Positions 1-9,028 are shown, numbered from the stretch's first letter. The stretch is 64,000 nt of DNA from an uncultured Candidatus Saccharibacteria bacterium (GCA_964586695.1 CAZPGQ010000003.1:888-64887); one strand, 5' to 3'. A program made the numbers and translations. The notes: generated from the letters alone by a model not told the origin.

Positions 1-488
1 TGCATATTGTATGGCAAAAGTGAAAAAAGTATCTTTGAACCGTCCAGAGGAGGTATTGGCACAAGGTTAAATGTAGCCAAAACAAGATTGACTAGCACTA
101 TCATAGACGACATATATAGAAAGGCGTGCCCGAACTGGCTGGCAATACCAAAACGGATAAGTAGACCGAAAAATACGGCTATACATATATTAGATAGAGG
201 TCCAGCAACCGCCACTATGGCTTCCCCCCATTTCTGGTTACGTAGGTTATATGGGTTAAAAGGTACTGGTTTTGCCCAACCGATAATAAAACCTCCTGTT
301 AGATATGAGACTGTCGGCAATATAATAGAGCCAAAAAGCTCAAGGTGTTTTATGGGGTTAAGGGTCAGTCTTCCTTGATATTTGGCTGTATTATCCCCCA
401 AAAGATAGGCAGAATAGCCGTGGGACACTTCGTGGACCACAACAGAGAAAATGAGCACTAATATAGAGAAGATAAAATCTATTTGCAT
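1..488 (-). CDS. Site-2 protease (peptidase M50, RseP-like), N-terminal part; the gene runs off the window start
   Basis: Hand translation of the minus strand from the ATG at 486-488 gives MQIDFIFSILVLIFSVVVHEVSHGY, with the HExxH zinc motif in a hydrophobic context typical of M50 intramembrane proteases. It is absent from the ORF track because it is open-ended. Confidence 0.55.
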   Translation of the reverse strand, partial: MQIDFIFSILVLIFSVVVHEVSHGYSAYLLGDNTAKYQGRLTLNPIKHLELFGSIILPTVSYLTGGFIIGWAKPVPFNPYNLRNQKWGEAIVAVAGPLSNICIAVFFGLLIRFGIASQFGHAFLYMSSMIVLVNLVLATFNLVPIPPLDGSKILFSLLPYNM

Positions 489-529
489 ATTTAGAATATT
501 ATGTTAGCATATCCAAACAAATAAAACAT

Positions 530-772
530 ATGGCAAAAGTCTGCGCAATCACAAATAAATCATCACAGATGGGAGGAGGATACTCTAACAGAACTCGTGC
601 TACACAGTTCAACCCTACTGGAATGAAGAGACGATATGCAAACCTTCAGAAAAAGAAGATCTATATTCCTGAACTTAAAAAGTCAGTAACTCTTACACTA
701 TCTACAAGAGGAATCAAAACTATTCAGAAAAACGGAGCATATGCTACACTACACAAAGCAGGAGTAATATAA
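530..772 (+). CDS. rpmB: 50S ribosomal protein L28
   Basis: 80 aa protein with MAKVCAITNK...ANLQKKKIYIPELKKSVTLTLSTRGIKTIQKNG, matching the bacterial L28 pattern (M-x-K-V-C, PNLQ, VS-TKG-RTI). Confidence 0.8.
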   Translation: MAKVCAITNKSSQMGGGYSNRTRATQFNPTGMKRRYANLQKKKIYIPELKKSVTLTLSTRGIKTIQKNGAYATLHKAGVI

Positions 773-777
773 AACTA

Positions 778-806
778 AAAACCGCAATCCAGCGGTTTTT
801 AGTTTG
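778..806 (+). terminator. Rho-independent terminator after rpmB
   Basis: aaaaccgcaatccagcggtttttag: a GC stem (aaccgc/gcggtt) followed by a T-run. Confidence 0.5.
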
Positions 807-1710
807 TCCGACACCCGACTATCGCCCCCCTCGCATTCTTATTTTTCAAAACAAACTTTTCTCCATCAGATTCAAAAACTAACCTTCCATTGTTACAGGT
901 GTCATACGTTGGGATTTTTAATTTCTGCATAGTCTCCAAAGTTTCCTTGTGTGGGTGACCGTAGTCATTGTTTACTCCAGAAGATATAACTGTCATTTCT
1001 GGTTTTACAAAAGAAACATATTCTTCGGAACTACTCGTCTTACTACCATGATGCCCTGCTTTGAGAATTGTGCTTTTTAAATTATTCTTATCTAGCCCGA
1101 CTAAATAGTGTTCTATATTTGAAGTTGAATCCCCTTGCAACATAACTGACGTTTCTCCATACACCAGTTTCATCACAAGCGATCCATCGTTCGAAGAAAG
1201 TCCTGATATGTCTCTGTCTGGGAAAAGGATTTGCAGATACGCTCCCCCACCAAGATCAACCACCTGTCCACGACGTGCTAAAACTTTTGGAATTTTCTTG
1301 TCACTTATTTCTTTTTCCAAAAGCGCATAGGTTTCTGTTTTGGAAACTGTCCCCGGTTCCAGAACCACATCAACTGAGTATTTTTTCAAGAGAGATATAA
1401 AACCCTCATAGTGGTCTTTGTCTGGGTTGGTCACAACAAGCATGTCTATGTGTCTGTCATACCAAGGTATTACTTTTGGAATTTCTTTCAAGAGTACGTT
1501 GTTCGGTCCACCATCCACTAGCACCTGAATACCTGTCGGTGACTCTATCCAAAGCGCGTCCCCCTGACCAACATCTAACACTTGAAATTTTAATATCCCC
1601 CTTCTATCTTCATGCAAAATGGCCAGAAAAATAGTTAGACTAAGCAATACTAAAACAAGCAAAACGTACCATCGTAGATATTGTTTAACATGAGAGAAAA
1701 CAGTCTTCAT
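799..1710 (-). CDS. Stand-alone metallo-beta-lactamase fold protein resembling the ComEC C-terminal domain, with a membrane anchor
   Basis: LDVGQGDALWIESP...DGG and KAGHHGSKTSS...DYGHPH motifs of the ComEC-type MBL domain, plus an N-terminal TM helix. The likely true start is the ATG at 1708-1710 (MKTVFSHV); the track ORF extends to 1761. Confidence 0.6.
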   Translation of the reverse strand: MKTVFSHVKQYLRWYVLLVLVLLSLTIFLAILHEDRRGILKFQVLDVGQGDALWIESPTGIQVLVDGGPNNVLLKEIPKVIPWYDRHIDMLVVTNPDKDHYEGFISLLKKYSVDVVLEPGTVSKTETYALLEKEISDKKIPKVLARRGQVVDLGGGAYLQILFPDRDISGLSSNDGSLVMKLVYGETSVMLQGDSTSNIEHYLVGLDKNNLKSTILKAGHHGSKTSSSEEYVSFVKPEMTVISSGVNNDYGHPHKETLETMQKLKIPTYDTCNNGRLVFESDGEKFVLKNKNARGAIVGCRTN

Positions 1711-1752
1711 GTGATATATTATACACACAATTATTAGGCTAATATTTATCAA

Positions 1753-2349
1753 ATGGCACAATTCGAAGAAAAGAAATTTAACATTGGTGAGCTAAAAGGT
1801 ATAAGCGCAAAGACAATCGAAGAACACTTGAAGCTTTATTCTGGTTATGTAAAGAACGCAAATGTAGTGGGACAAAAACTCTATGAAATGTTTCAAGAAG
1901 ATGCAGAGAAAAATTCATATGCCATAGCAGAAACCAATCGCCGATTTGGTTTTGAATACAATGGTATTAGAAATCATGAGGTATATTTCGATTCACTTTC
2001 TGATGGACCAGTAACTCTTAGCGACAACAGCGAACTCAAAAAAGAACTTGAATCTTCATGGGGAAATTTTGATACATTTATGCAATTTTTCAAAATGATG
2101 GCGATGACTCGCGGTGTTGGATGGGCAATGCTTTATTGGGACAGAAAAGACAAAAGACTCCTAACTGCTTGGGTGGATGAACAACATTTAGGACAGCTCC
2201 AGGACTGTGCTCTTATACTCGCTCTCGACATGTGGGAACACTCTTTTGTTGCTGATTATCAACCAAGTGGAAAGAAACAATACGTTGAAGACTTTTTCGC
2301 AAACCTAAACTGGGAGAAGATTGAGCAGAATTTTGTAAACGCTAAATAA
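1753..2349 (+). CDS. Fe/Mn superoxide dismutase family protein (divergent)
   Basis: C-terminal DMWEHSFVADY matches the SOD signature D-x-W-E-H; NHEVYF and an N-terminal His are present. The N-terminal region diverges from canonical HHxKHH. Confidence 0.55.
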   Translation: MAQFEEKKFNIGELKGISAKTIEEHLKLYSGYVKNANVVGQKLYEMFQEDAEKNSYAIAETNRRFGFEYNGIRNHEVYFDSLSDGPVTLSDNSELKKELESSWGNFDTFMQFFKMMAMTRGVGWAMLYWDRKDKRLLTAWVDEQHLGQLQDCALILALDMWEHSFVADYQPSGKKQYVEDFFANLNWEKIEQNFVNAK

Positions 2350-2369
2350 TTAAAGTTTAAAATAGTATT

Positions 2370-2398
2370 TGACAAAATACATTATATAGTATATAATG
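2370..2398 (+). promoter_or_regulatory. Sigma70-like promoter (TTGACA, 17 nt, TATAAT) upstream of the GC-rich small ORF
   Basis: ttgacaaaatacattatatagtatataat gives perfect -35 and -10 hexamers with 17 nt spacing. Confidence 0.45.
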
Positions 2399-2431
2399 TA
2401 TTTTGTATTTAGGTGGGATTCCCCACTCAAA

Positions 2432-2686
2432 ATGGAGACAAAGTTGGACATTCAGACGATGAGAAAATACGCACTCAAGGGAGTGGAGCTGGAAATCGCA
2501 GAGTTGGAAGTGAGGCTCGAACTTCTGCGAAAGCACAAGGTCGAGCTGACTGGTGAGAAGAAGCAGGTCAAACAGCCGGCCCCCAAGAAAATCGTCCGTT
2601 CGCCGGCCTACCGCAAGGCGCACAGCGAGCGGATGAAGAACTACTGGGCGAAGAGGAAGGCCTCAGCCAAGAAGGCGACCAAGTAA
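2432..2686 (+). CDS. Small basic, predicted coiled-coil protein encoded in a GC-rich islet
   Basis: METKLDIQTMRKYALKGVELEIAELEVRLELLRKH... followed by a Lys/Arg-rich tail. Local GC is roughly 50-60% against ~35% background, with GC3-rich codons unlike neighbouring genes. The track ORF starts at 2396; the ATG at 2432 is more plausible. Confidence 0.45.
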   Translation: METKLDIQTMRKYALKGVELEIAELEVRLELLRKHKVELTGEKKQVKQPAPKKIVRSPAYRKAHSERMKNYWAKRKASAKKATK

Positions 2687-2707
2687 CAGAAGGTCGCCGA
2701 AGAGACT

Positions 2708-2745
2708 AGCCCGACGTTGGGAAACCAACGTCGGGCCTTTTTATT
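2708..2745 (+). terminator. Rho-independent terminator
   Basis: cccgacgttgggaaaccaacgtcgggcctttttattt: an 11-bp GC-rich stem plus a T-run. Confidence 0.55.
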
Positions 2746-4204
2746 TATTAAACTTTTTACTAAAAAATAGTGTAGAGAAAATTACCAAATAAATAGCAAT
2801 CAACACTATCGGCGAAAATGCAGAAAGATTTATATAACCATAAGGTACACTTGCTCCGATATGTACGACAGTTAACTGGTACCACAAAAGACAATATGCA
2901 AAGACTCCTGGAACAAAAGAAAGATAAAGTGAAACAAGTCCGAACATTCCAGTCAAAAAACCGAGAAGCATTGTAAGCGGTATTGTACTCAGTATCAAAA
3001 CATTTACCGGAAGCGAAACAATAGAGACTATTCCTGTTGAATAAATCAGATAGGGCAAAACTGTTATTTGTGTAGAAATAGTTGCAGATATGATTTCACG
3101 CAGACCAAACTTTTCTGGAACTCTTTTTAAATTTGGTTCGATAAATGGTGAAACAAATACAAGGCCGATAGTTGCCAAAATTGAAAGTTGAAACGATGGA
3201 TCAAAAACCAAAAGTGCTGGGTTGAGTGCAAGCATAAGTACAACAGCAAAACCAAGAGCCCGAGAAACTTTGTAGTCGCGGTTTGTTTTCTTTGCAAACA
3301 GTGCAACCAAAACCATTATTGCTGCACGCCATGCAGACGCTCCCCCACCAGAAAGAATAGTAAACAAAATAATTCCAAACATACCACCAGCAAAAGAAAT
3401 ATTTTTTGGTAAAAATTTTAAAGCATCCATTATGCTTTCTGCAACGATAGCAATGTTGTAGCCAGACAGTACAACAATGTGTGATGTGCCAGTTTTCTGA
3501 AATTCAGAAAGTAAATCTTTGCCGAGACTTTGTTTCCCACCAAGCAAAAGTCCGGAAAGTAAACTAGATTCTGGTTCTGGCAGTGCGTTGTTGATCGAAT
3601 CAGTAAAAGCATGTTTGACTTTGAATAACGTTGTTTTTACTATGCTACCGTGATTCGAGGAGATAAGTCTTATCGTCGTGAACTGACTTGTGTACCAGAT
3701 ACCACGAACACGGAGATAACCTTTGTAGTCAAAAACTCTGCCATCCTCACCCTCAATAAGTTGTGGCTCTCTCAAAACCAAACTAAGTGAAACTTTGTCA
3801 CCATATTTATATTCTGGATGGATGGGCACAGTAACAAGCACTCTCTCACTAACACTTTCACCCTCTACATTTGTCAGTTTCACAGTGAGTTTTGTATTCT
3901 TCTCCCTAACGTCTGGCTCTTCTACCACAATACCACCTGCTTTTATTTGTTTGTTTATATACCTATCTAAATGAGAATCGGCATATAAATCAGAAATGAT
4001 CATTCGACCCATTCCAAGTGTTACACCGATCAAAACAATAGTAGAGATCACTATTATTTCTCGACTATTTTCATCGACAAAATATTTATAAAAATAAATA
4101 TGTATTGTCAGAAAAATGCAGGCAATAAAAAATCCGAAACTAATCGGAATAAAAGATGCTATTGCTATGCCTGCTATGAAACCAATTGAGAGTTGAAGTA
4201 GCAT
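2741..4204 (-). CDS. comEC: DNA internalization competence protein ComEC/Rec2 (DUF4131 plus the competence channel domain); lacks the MBL domain
   Basis: Polytopic membrane protein with an N-terminal OB-like region and the competence motif region (GLLLGGKQSLGKDLLSEFQKTGTSHIVVLSGYNIAIV). It ends without the beta-lactamase domain, which is encoded separately at 799-1710. Confidence 0.7.
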   Translation of the reverse strand: MLLQLSIGFIAGIAIASFIPISFGFFIACIFLTIHIYFYKYFVDENSREIIVISTIVLIGVTLGMGRMIISDLYADSHLDRYINKQIKAGGIVVEEPDVREKNTKLTVKLTNVEGESVSERVLVTVPIHPEYKYGDKVSLSLVLREPQLIEGEDGRVFDYKGYLRVRGIWYTSQFTTIRLISSNHGSIVKTTLFKVKHAFTDSINNALPEPESSLLSGLLLGGKQSLGKDLLSEFQKTGTSHIVVLSGYNIAIVAESIMDALKFLPKNISFAGGMFGIILFTILSGGGASAWRAAIMVLVALFAKKTNRDYKVSRALGFAVVLMLALNPALLVFDPSFQLSILATIGLVFVSPFIEPNLKRVPEKFGLREIISATISTQITVLPYLIYSTGIVSIVSLPVNVLILSTIPLTMLLGFLTGMFGLVSLYLSFVPGVFAYCLLWYQLTVVHIGASVPYGYINLSAFSPIVLIAIYLVIFSTLFFSKKFNK

Positions 4205-4205
4205 G

Positions 4206-4667
4206 TTAGTATCCAGATGGTGGAATTACTTTTTCACCCAGCATTCCGAGTTTTAAATTTTTTATTTCTTTATCAGCTTCACTCACAAATTCTGCCAACT
4301 TTTTCCTTTCACCATCTGTCTTTGAAGACAAAACAAAATCCAAAGCTTTTTCAAAATTATTTTTAAATTTCTGATTTATATCTTTCCAAAGTACCCCCTT
4401 TAAAATGCCTCCTATTTCTTCAGAATAACTCAAAACCTTAATCTTCATTAAAAAAGCTATTGCCGGATATCCTAAAGTATCTGTCCAATAAGAACTGTTA
4501 TCGTTGGACATTATTTCATTACTTTCTGGTGCATAATTTATTTCATAGAACTTATTTCGAGAAGATGAAAAAACTTTTCCAGTATTCCCAGAAATCTCAA
4601 CTCTTTTATCCGCAACCGCACCAAGCGCTTCATATATCTTTACGGGTTTTGGATTTTTCCATTTCAT
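4206..4667 (-). CDS. Hypothetical protein
   Basis: 153 aa ORF tightly packed between comEC and rnhA on the same strand; no recognisable motif. Confidence 0.4.
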   Translation of the reverse strand: MKWKNPKPVKIYEALGAVADKRVEISGNTGKVFSSSRNKFYEINYAPESNEIMSNDNSSYWTDTLGYPAIAFLMKIKVLSYSEEIGGILKGVLWKDINQKFKNNFEKALDFVLSSKTDGERKKLAEFVSEADKEIKNLKLGMLGEKVIPPSGY

Positions 4668-4669
4668 AG

Positions 4670-5344
4670 CTATTCAACAAATTCTTTTATAATTTCTTCT
4701 TCGTCAGATGGAGATACAGATTTTTTAAAACGTGCACCAGAAACCCCATTCACCCGAGCTTTGCATTCATCCCAAGTTTTGTGAGTTTGAACAACCCCAT
4801 CCACCATACTCACATACGAATACGCCTTACTTTTTGATTTAGATTTTTTATCTGAAACAGTTTCACTAATTTTTATATCAACACCATATCTTTCTCGTGA
4901 TCCGTTATATAAAATAACCGGATCATTATCCGCAAAAGATGTAGCAATAACATCACATCTTTCGTTCCCTGCTGTACCACTGTGACCTTTTATTAACTGC
5001 CAGTTTATATTTTTGTGAACAGTAGCCTCTACCATTTCTTGCCACAAGTCTTTGTTCAAAACATCATCCTTTGTGGATGTCTTCCAATTATTTTTCTCCC
5101 AACCTTTCACCCATCGAGTGGCGCCATTTAGTACGTACGCAGAGTCAGTATACAAAGTTATTTCTTCATCCTTTCCAACAGCATTGAGTGCAGAAATAAC
5201 AGCAGTCATTTCCATTCTGTTGTTTGTGGTTTCATCTTCTCTACCTCCGATTTCAAAAGCTTTTTCATCGGATAAAATTATTGCACCCCACCCACCTGGT
5301 CCCGGGTTACCCCGAGAAGATCCGTCAGTAAAAATAGTTATCAT
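4670..5344 (-). CDS. rnhA: Ribonuclease HI with a C-terminal hybrid-binding (Cauli_VI-like) domain
   Basis: FTDGSSRGNPGPGGWG...TNNRMEMTAV...YTDSAYV...GHSGTAGNERCD is classic RNase HI. The C-terminal KAYSYVSMVDGVVQTHKTWDECKARVNGVSGARFKK resembles the RNase H1 hybrid-binding domain. The track's upstream start is TTG inside a hairpin; the ATG at 5342-5344 is preferred. Confidence 0.75.
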   Translation of the reverse strand: MITIFTDGSSRGNPGPGGWGAIILSDEKAFEIGGREDETTNNRMEMTAVISALNAVGKDEEITLYTDSAYVLNGATRWVKGWEKNNWKTSTKDDVLNKDLWQEMVEATVHKNINWQLIKGHSGTAGNERCDVIATSFADNDPVILYNGSRERYGVDIKISETVSDKKSKSKSKAYSYVSMVDGVVQTHKTWDECKARVNGVSGARFKKSVSPSDEEEIIKEFVE

Positions 5345-5362
5345 AATATTTATTATAGCAAA

Positions 5363-5385
5363 AGGGCGCCTCAATTTCAGGCGCC
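5363..5385 (-). terminator. GC hairpin with a T-run on the minus strand
   Basis: gggcgcctgaaattgaggcgccc followed on the minus strand by ttttgc. Confidence 0.4.
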
Positions 5386-5542
5386 CGTTATCATGCGTAC
5401 CTTTCTACTCCCTGTGACGGGAATGGATACAATACCAACCGAAAGGGTTCAGAAGCCCGTAGCTTTCTCGATAGATTTCCTTTCTGTTAAGAACTACTTA
5501 TATTATATCACCTCCTATTTTTTTGTCAAGTAGTTTTTAGGA

Positions 5543-7273
5543 TTAAAAAATATCCACTATTCTTAGTCGTAATTCTGGGAAATTGCGAAAAACAGACTTT
5601 TCGAGAGTTGCGACAAGGTTTATAGAACTCCCCTCTTTTATTGAAACAGGAAACTTATCACCAGTCTGAAAAAAAGCTATTGCTGTTACATCCTTGCCGT
5701 TTGAATTTTTAAATTTAATCTCTAAATGATTTCTCTCTTTACCAAAAAGTTTCATTGCAGATACTGTTATATTTTCAAAAAGGAAAAGCGGCTTTGGGTT
5801 ATCCAAACCAAAAGGAGCAAACTTTTCTACCGAACTGTATGTGTTCCAATTCACATCATCAAGGGAAAGTTTTTTATCTAGTAGTGTATCTTCTATTATT
5901 CTGTTTTCATTCAAAAGCTCAACGAAAGCCTCATTCAACCTTTCCTCTAGTGTATGAACATTTTCTTGGAGTATTGAAAAACCACCGGCGCCTTTATGTC
6001 CGCCATAGTCAACAAAAACATCTTTGACTTTTTCCATTAGCTTTACAATATCAGTATCACCTCCCGCCCTGCACGAACCTTTTATCAACCCATCGCCTTC
6101 TGTCTCACCATTTCTTCCCCAAAAGAAAACTGGTCTGTTATGTTCGTCACCAAAACTATTTGCAACAAGACCGAGTAGCGATGGCTTCCATTCTGGATTT
6201 CCAAAAACCAAAACGTGTTTCATTTCTGTATCACTTCCTTCTATCCTTTTCTTTACTTCCTTTATCATGCTTCCCACAACACCCTTTCTTTCATCATTTT
6301 TATTATTCAAATGTTCTGCAAGCATACCTGCTTCAACTTCGTCTGTAGTAGATAGTAATTTAAATGCATCAAGTGGAATTCCCATACGGCTTGCTGCATT
6401 TATACGAGGAGTAACCATAAAACCAATGTCATCCTCTGTCAGAGTACTTTGGTTGATTTTAAGTAGCGAAAGAAGTTTCAAAAGTCCAACACGAGGACTC
6501 CTCTGCAAAACTTTCATTCCAAAATAGGAAATAATTCTATTCTCACCCAAGAGCGGCACCATGTCAGAAAGCGTAGCCAGTCCCACCATATCGAGAAACC
6601 ATTTTTCGTGACCGTCTTTTATATCTATTTGCCCTGTTTCTTTTCCTCTTATTACGAGAGCCTGAATAACTTTGAAAATAACCCCGGACCCACACAGCAT
6701 TTTCTCTGGGTACTCACAGCCTTTTTGCTTTGGATTAATTATGGCAAAAGCTTTTGGGAGTTTCTTTCCTGGGATATGGTGGTCAGTGATAATCACATCC
6801 ATGTCATGCTTGTTGGCAGTCTCAACCTGCTCAACATCTGTGATACCACAGTCTATTGTAATAACTAGTTTTACATCTTGAGATGCAATGTTATCTATAG
6901 CTGTGTGGTTTAGTCCAAAACCCTCTTCATTACGAAGTGGTATGTAGTTTATGAAATTGTTGTAACCAATCTTTTTGAAAAAGTCGTGGAGTGTCACTCC
7001 CCCAGGAATACCATCTGCATCATAGTCACTAAAGATAGCTATTTTCTCGTTTTCCTTTATTGCTTTTAAAATCCTCTTTGTTGCCTTGTCCATATCCTTT
7101 AGTAGAAATGGATCATGAAGACTCTCATACTTTGGATTGAGAAAACTCTCTGCATTTACCAAATCCTCTATCCCCCTAGAATATAAAAGTGAACGAACAA
7201 GTGGAGAGTATACCTCAAACAATTTATCTATACTTTCTGGAATCGGCTCACGTAAGGCATACTTTTTGGACAT
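5543..7273 (-). CDS. recJ: Single-stranded-DNA-specific exonuclease RecJ
   Basis: DHH motifs (FSDYDADGIPG, ITDHH) and a DHHA1 region; 576 aa. Confidence 0.85.
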   Translation of the reverse strand: MSKKYALREPIPESIDKLFEVYSPLVRSLLYSRGIEDLVNAESFLNPKYESLHDPFLLKDMDKATKRILKAIKENEKIAIFSDYDADGIPGGVTLHDFFKKIGYNNFINYIPLRNEEGFGLNHTAIDNIASQDVKLVITIDCGITDVEQVETANKHDMDVIITDHHIPGKKLPKAFAIINPKQKGCEYPEKMLCGSGVIFKVIQALVIRGKETGQIDIKDGHEKWFLDMVGLATLSDMVPLLGENRIISYFGMKVLQRSPRVGLLKLLSLLKINQSTLTEDDIGFMVTPRINAASRMGIPLDAFKLLSTTDEVEAGMLAEHLNNKNDERKGVVGSMIKEVKKRIEGSDTEMKHVLVFGNPEWKPSLLGLVANSFGDEHNRPVFFWGRNGETEGDGLIKGSCRAGGDTDIVKLMEKVKDVFVDYGGHKGAGGFSILQENVHTLEERLNEAFVELLNENRIIEDTLLDKKLSLDDVNWNTYSSVEKFAPFGLDNPKPLFLFENITVSAMKLFGKERNHLEIKFKNSNGKDVTAIAFFQTGDKFPVSIKEGSSINLVATLEKSVFRNFPELRLRIVDIF

Positions 7274-7481
7274 AAAGACATTTTAGCACACAGACAGAAT
7301 TAGCGTTGAGCCAACACCTTTTCAGAGCATCCGCAGGCTAGAAGCATGGTCTTGTCAAAGTCCGAGTGGAGCGAGGTTCATTGACAAGTTCTAGCTGAGG
7401 ACTAGAACGAACTTTTCGCCGGAAAAGTGAGTGTATCTGAAAAGGTTTTGGTGAGAAAGATTATTCTGTTATAATTCCAAA

Positions 7482-7841
7482 ATGAACGATTGTATATTTT
7501 GCAAAATAGTTAGAGGAGAAATACCTAGTTACAAAGTCTATGAGGACAATAAATTCCTGGCCTTTTTAGACATTAACCCTCAATCCCCTGGTCATGTGCA
7601 GGTAATACCGAAAGACCATCATAGATGGGTATGGGATGTGCCAAATGCAGGTGAATATTTTGAAGTAGCAAAAAAAGTGGCCTTAGCGCAAAGAAAAGCT
7701 TTTGATACAGAATGGATTTTGGAAAAAATAGTCGGCGAAGATGTAGAGCATGCTCACATCTGGGTTTTTCCAAACAAAGAAGTAAAAGGTGAACTAAAAG
7801 ATTTTGAAGGAAACCTAAAGGTAATAAAAGAAAATATGTAA
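7482..7841 (+). CDS. HIT family hydrolase
   Basis: Histidine triad [10 protein letters not shown] and an N-terminal CIFCKI motif. Confidence 0.8.
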   Translation: MNDCIFCKIVRGEIPSYKVYEDNKFLAFLDINPQSPGHVQVIPKDHHRWVWDVPNAGEYFEVAKKVALAQRKAFDTEWILEKIVGEDVEHAHIWVFPNKEVKGELKDFEGNLKVIKENM

Positions 7842-7844
7842 ACA

Positions 7845-7873
7845 AAAAACCACCATATGGTGGTTTTTTGTTT
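7845..7873. terminator. Bidirectional terminator between the HIT gene and pgk
   Basis: aaaaaaccaccatatggtggttttttgttt: a perfect stem flanked by A/T runs on both sides. Confidence 0.55.
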
Positions 7874-7878
7874 ATTCT

Positions 7879-9018
7879 TTATTTATTCAGAGCCTCAATT
7901 CCAGGCAAAGTTTCGTTGACTAAATAGTCGAGCATTGCCCCTCCACCAGTCGAAACAAAACTGAAACCATGTTCGAACTCAGCAACATCTATCGAAGCCA
8001 GCGTATCTCCCCCGCCAACTATACTTTCTGCTCCATTTTCACTAGTTGCGCCAGCAATTATTCTAGCTAGCTCTTCTGTTTTATCTTTAAAACCTTTTTT
8101 ATATTTGCCCAACGGTCCATTCCACACAATAGTTTTTGACCCCCCCACTAACTCCTTTAGTTTTTCTATTGTCTTTGGACCAACATCAGAAATATATTCG
8201 TCAACAGAAACACTATCAGGTGATTTGAATTCTGTTGTACCGTCTGGTTTTAAAACCATAACATCAATAGGTGTAACAAGTTTTGGATTGTTTATAATAT
8301 TCTCCAAATCAAAATCTCCTTCTGTTAGAAGTGAAGTTCCGACTTCATAACCTTTTTGTTTAAAAAGATCATTAGCCAAAGCACCTGCAACAAAAACGGT
8401 ATCTGCCTTTTCTAGATATTTATGTATTAAAGGTAGTTTTGTATCAAACTTTGCTCCACCAAGGATAAAAAGAAATGGTTTGTTGGGATTAAAAGCTTTT
8501 GAAATATTTTTGATTTCCTCTTTGACAAGAAGCCCTGCATAGTGAGGAAGAAACTCTGGCACACCAACAATGGAAGCATGTTTTCTATGCATAGCACCAA
8601 ATGCATCATCTACATATATTTCTGCCATCTGTGAAAGCTTTTTTGCAAAGTCTTTATCATTTCCTTTTTCCTCAGGGTTCATTCTCAGGTTTTCAAAAAG
8701 AAGAACTCCTTTGTCTTCCAGTTTAGCTATCATATCTATAGCAATGGCATTGAAATATGTCTGGCAAAAATCTACCTTGTAAAAACCATTCAAATATTGA
8801 GCGACCGGAAGAAGCGACATATTACCTTCACTTTCTGTATGAGCAATAATAATGACTTTAGCTTCGTGCTCTCGCAAATAGTCTATTGTAGGTATAGCCC
8901 TCTCTATTCTATATGCATTCCCCACCTGACCATCAACTATTGGAACATTTAGGTCCAACCGCAGTAACACGTATTTTCCTTTCAAATCGTCTCCCTTTAG
9001 TTCATCTATATATTTCAT
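7879..9018 (-). CDS. pgk: Phosphoglycerate kinase
   Basis: VLLRLDLNVPI, IIAHTES and related PGK motifs. The start is probably the internal ATG (MKYIDEL) at 9018; the track extends to 9042. Confidence 0.9.
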   Translation of the reverse strand: MKYIDELKGDDLKGKYVLLRLDLNVPIVDGQVGNAYRIERAIPTIDYLREHEAKVIIIAHTESEGNMSLLPVAQYLNGFYKVDFCQTYFNAIAIDMIAKLEDKGVLLFENLRMNPEEKGNDKDFAKKLSQMAEIYVDDAFGAMHRKHASIVGVPEFLPHYAGLLVKEEIKNISKAFNPNKPFLFILGGAKFDTKLPLIHKYLEKADTVFVAGALANDLFKQKGYEVGTSLLTEGDFDLENIINNPKLVTPIDVMVLKPDGTTEFKSPDSVSVDEYISDVGPKTIEKLKELVGGSKTIVWNGPLGKYKKGFKDKTEELARIIAGATSENGAESIVGGGDTLASIDVAEFEHGFSFVSTGGGAMLDYLVNETLPGIEALNK

Positions 9019-9028
9019 ATCTACAAAA

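Noticed and set aside
7-378. Plus-strand 123-aa ORF at the window start
   Set aside because: It overlaps, on the opposite strand, a much more convincing M50 site-2 protease reading frame (HEVSHG motif), and its own sequence has no features
2357-2623. Minus-strand ORF antisense to the GC-rich small gene, and similar antisense ORFs inside pilB, recJ, rny and others
   Set aside because: They are fully embedded opposite strongly supported genes, with no motifs and no RBS
7290-7470. RNase P RNA hypothesis for the recJ/HIT spacer
   Set aside because: Only a weak P4-like string (aaagtccgag) is present. The 208-nt gap cannot hold a ~350 nt RNase P RNA, and the other conserved regions were not seen
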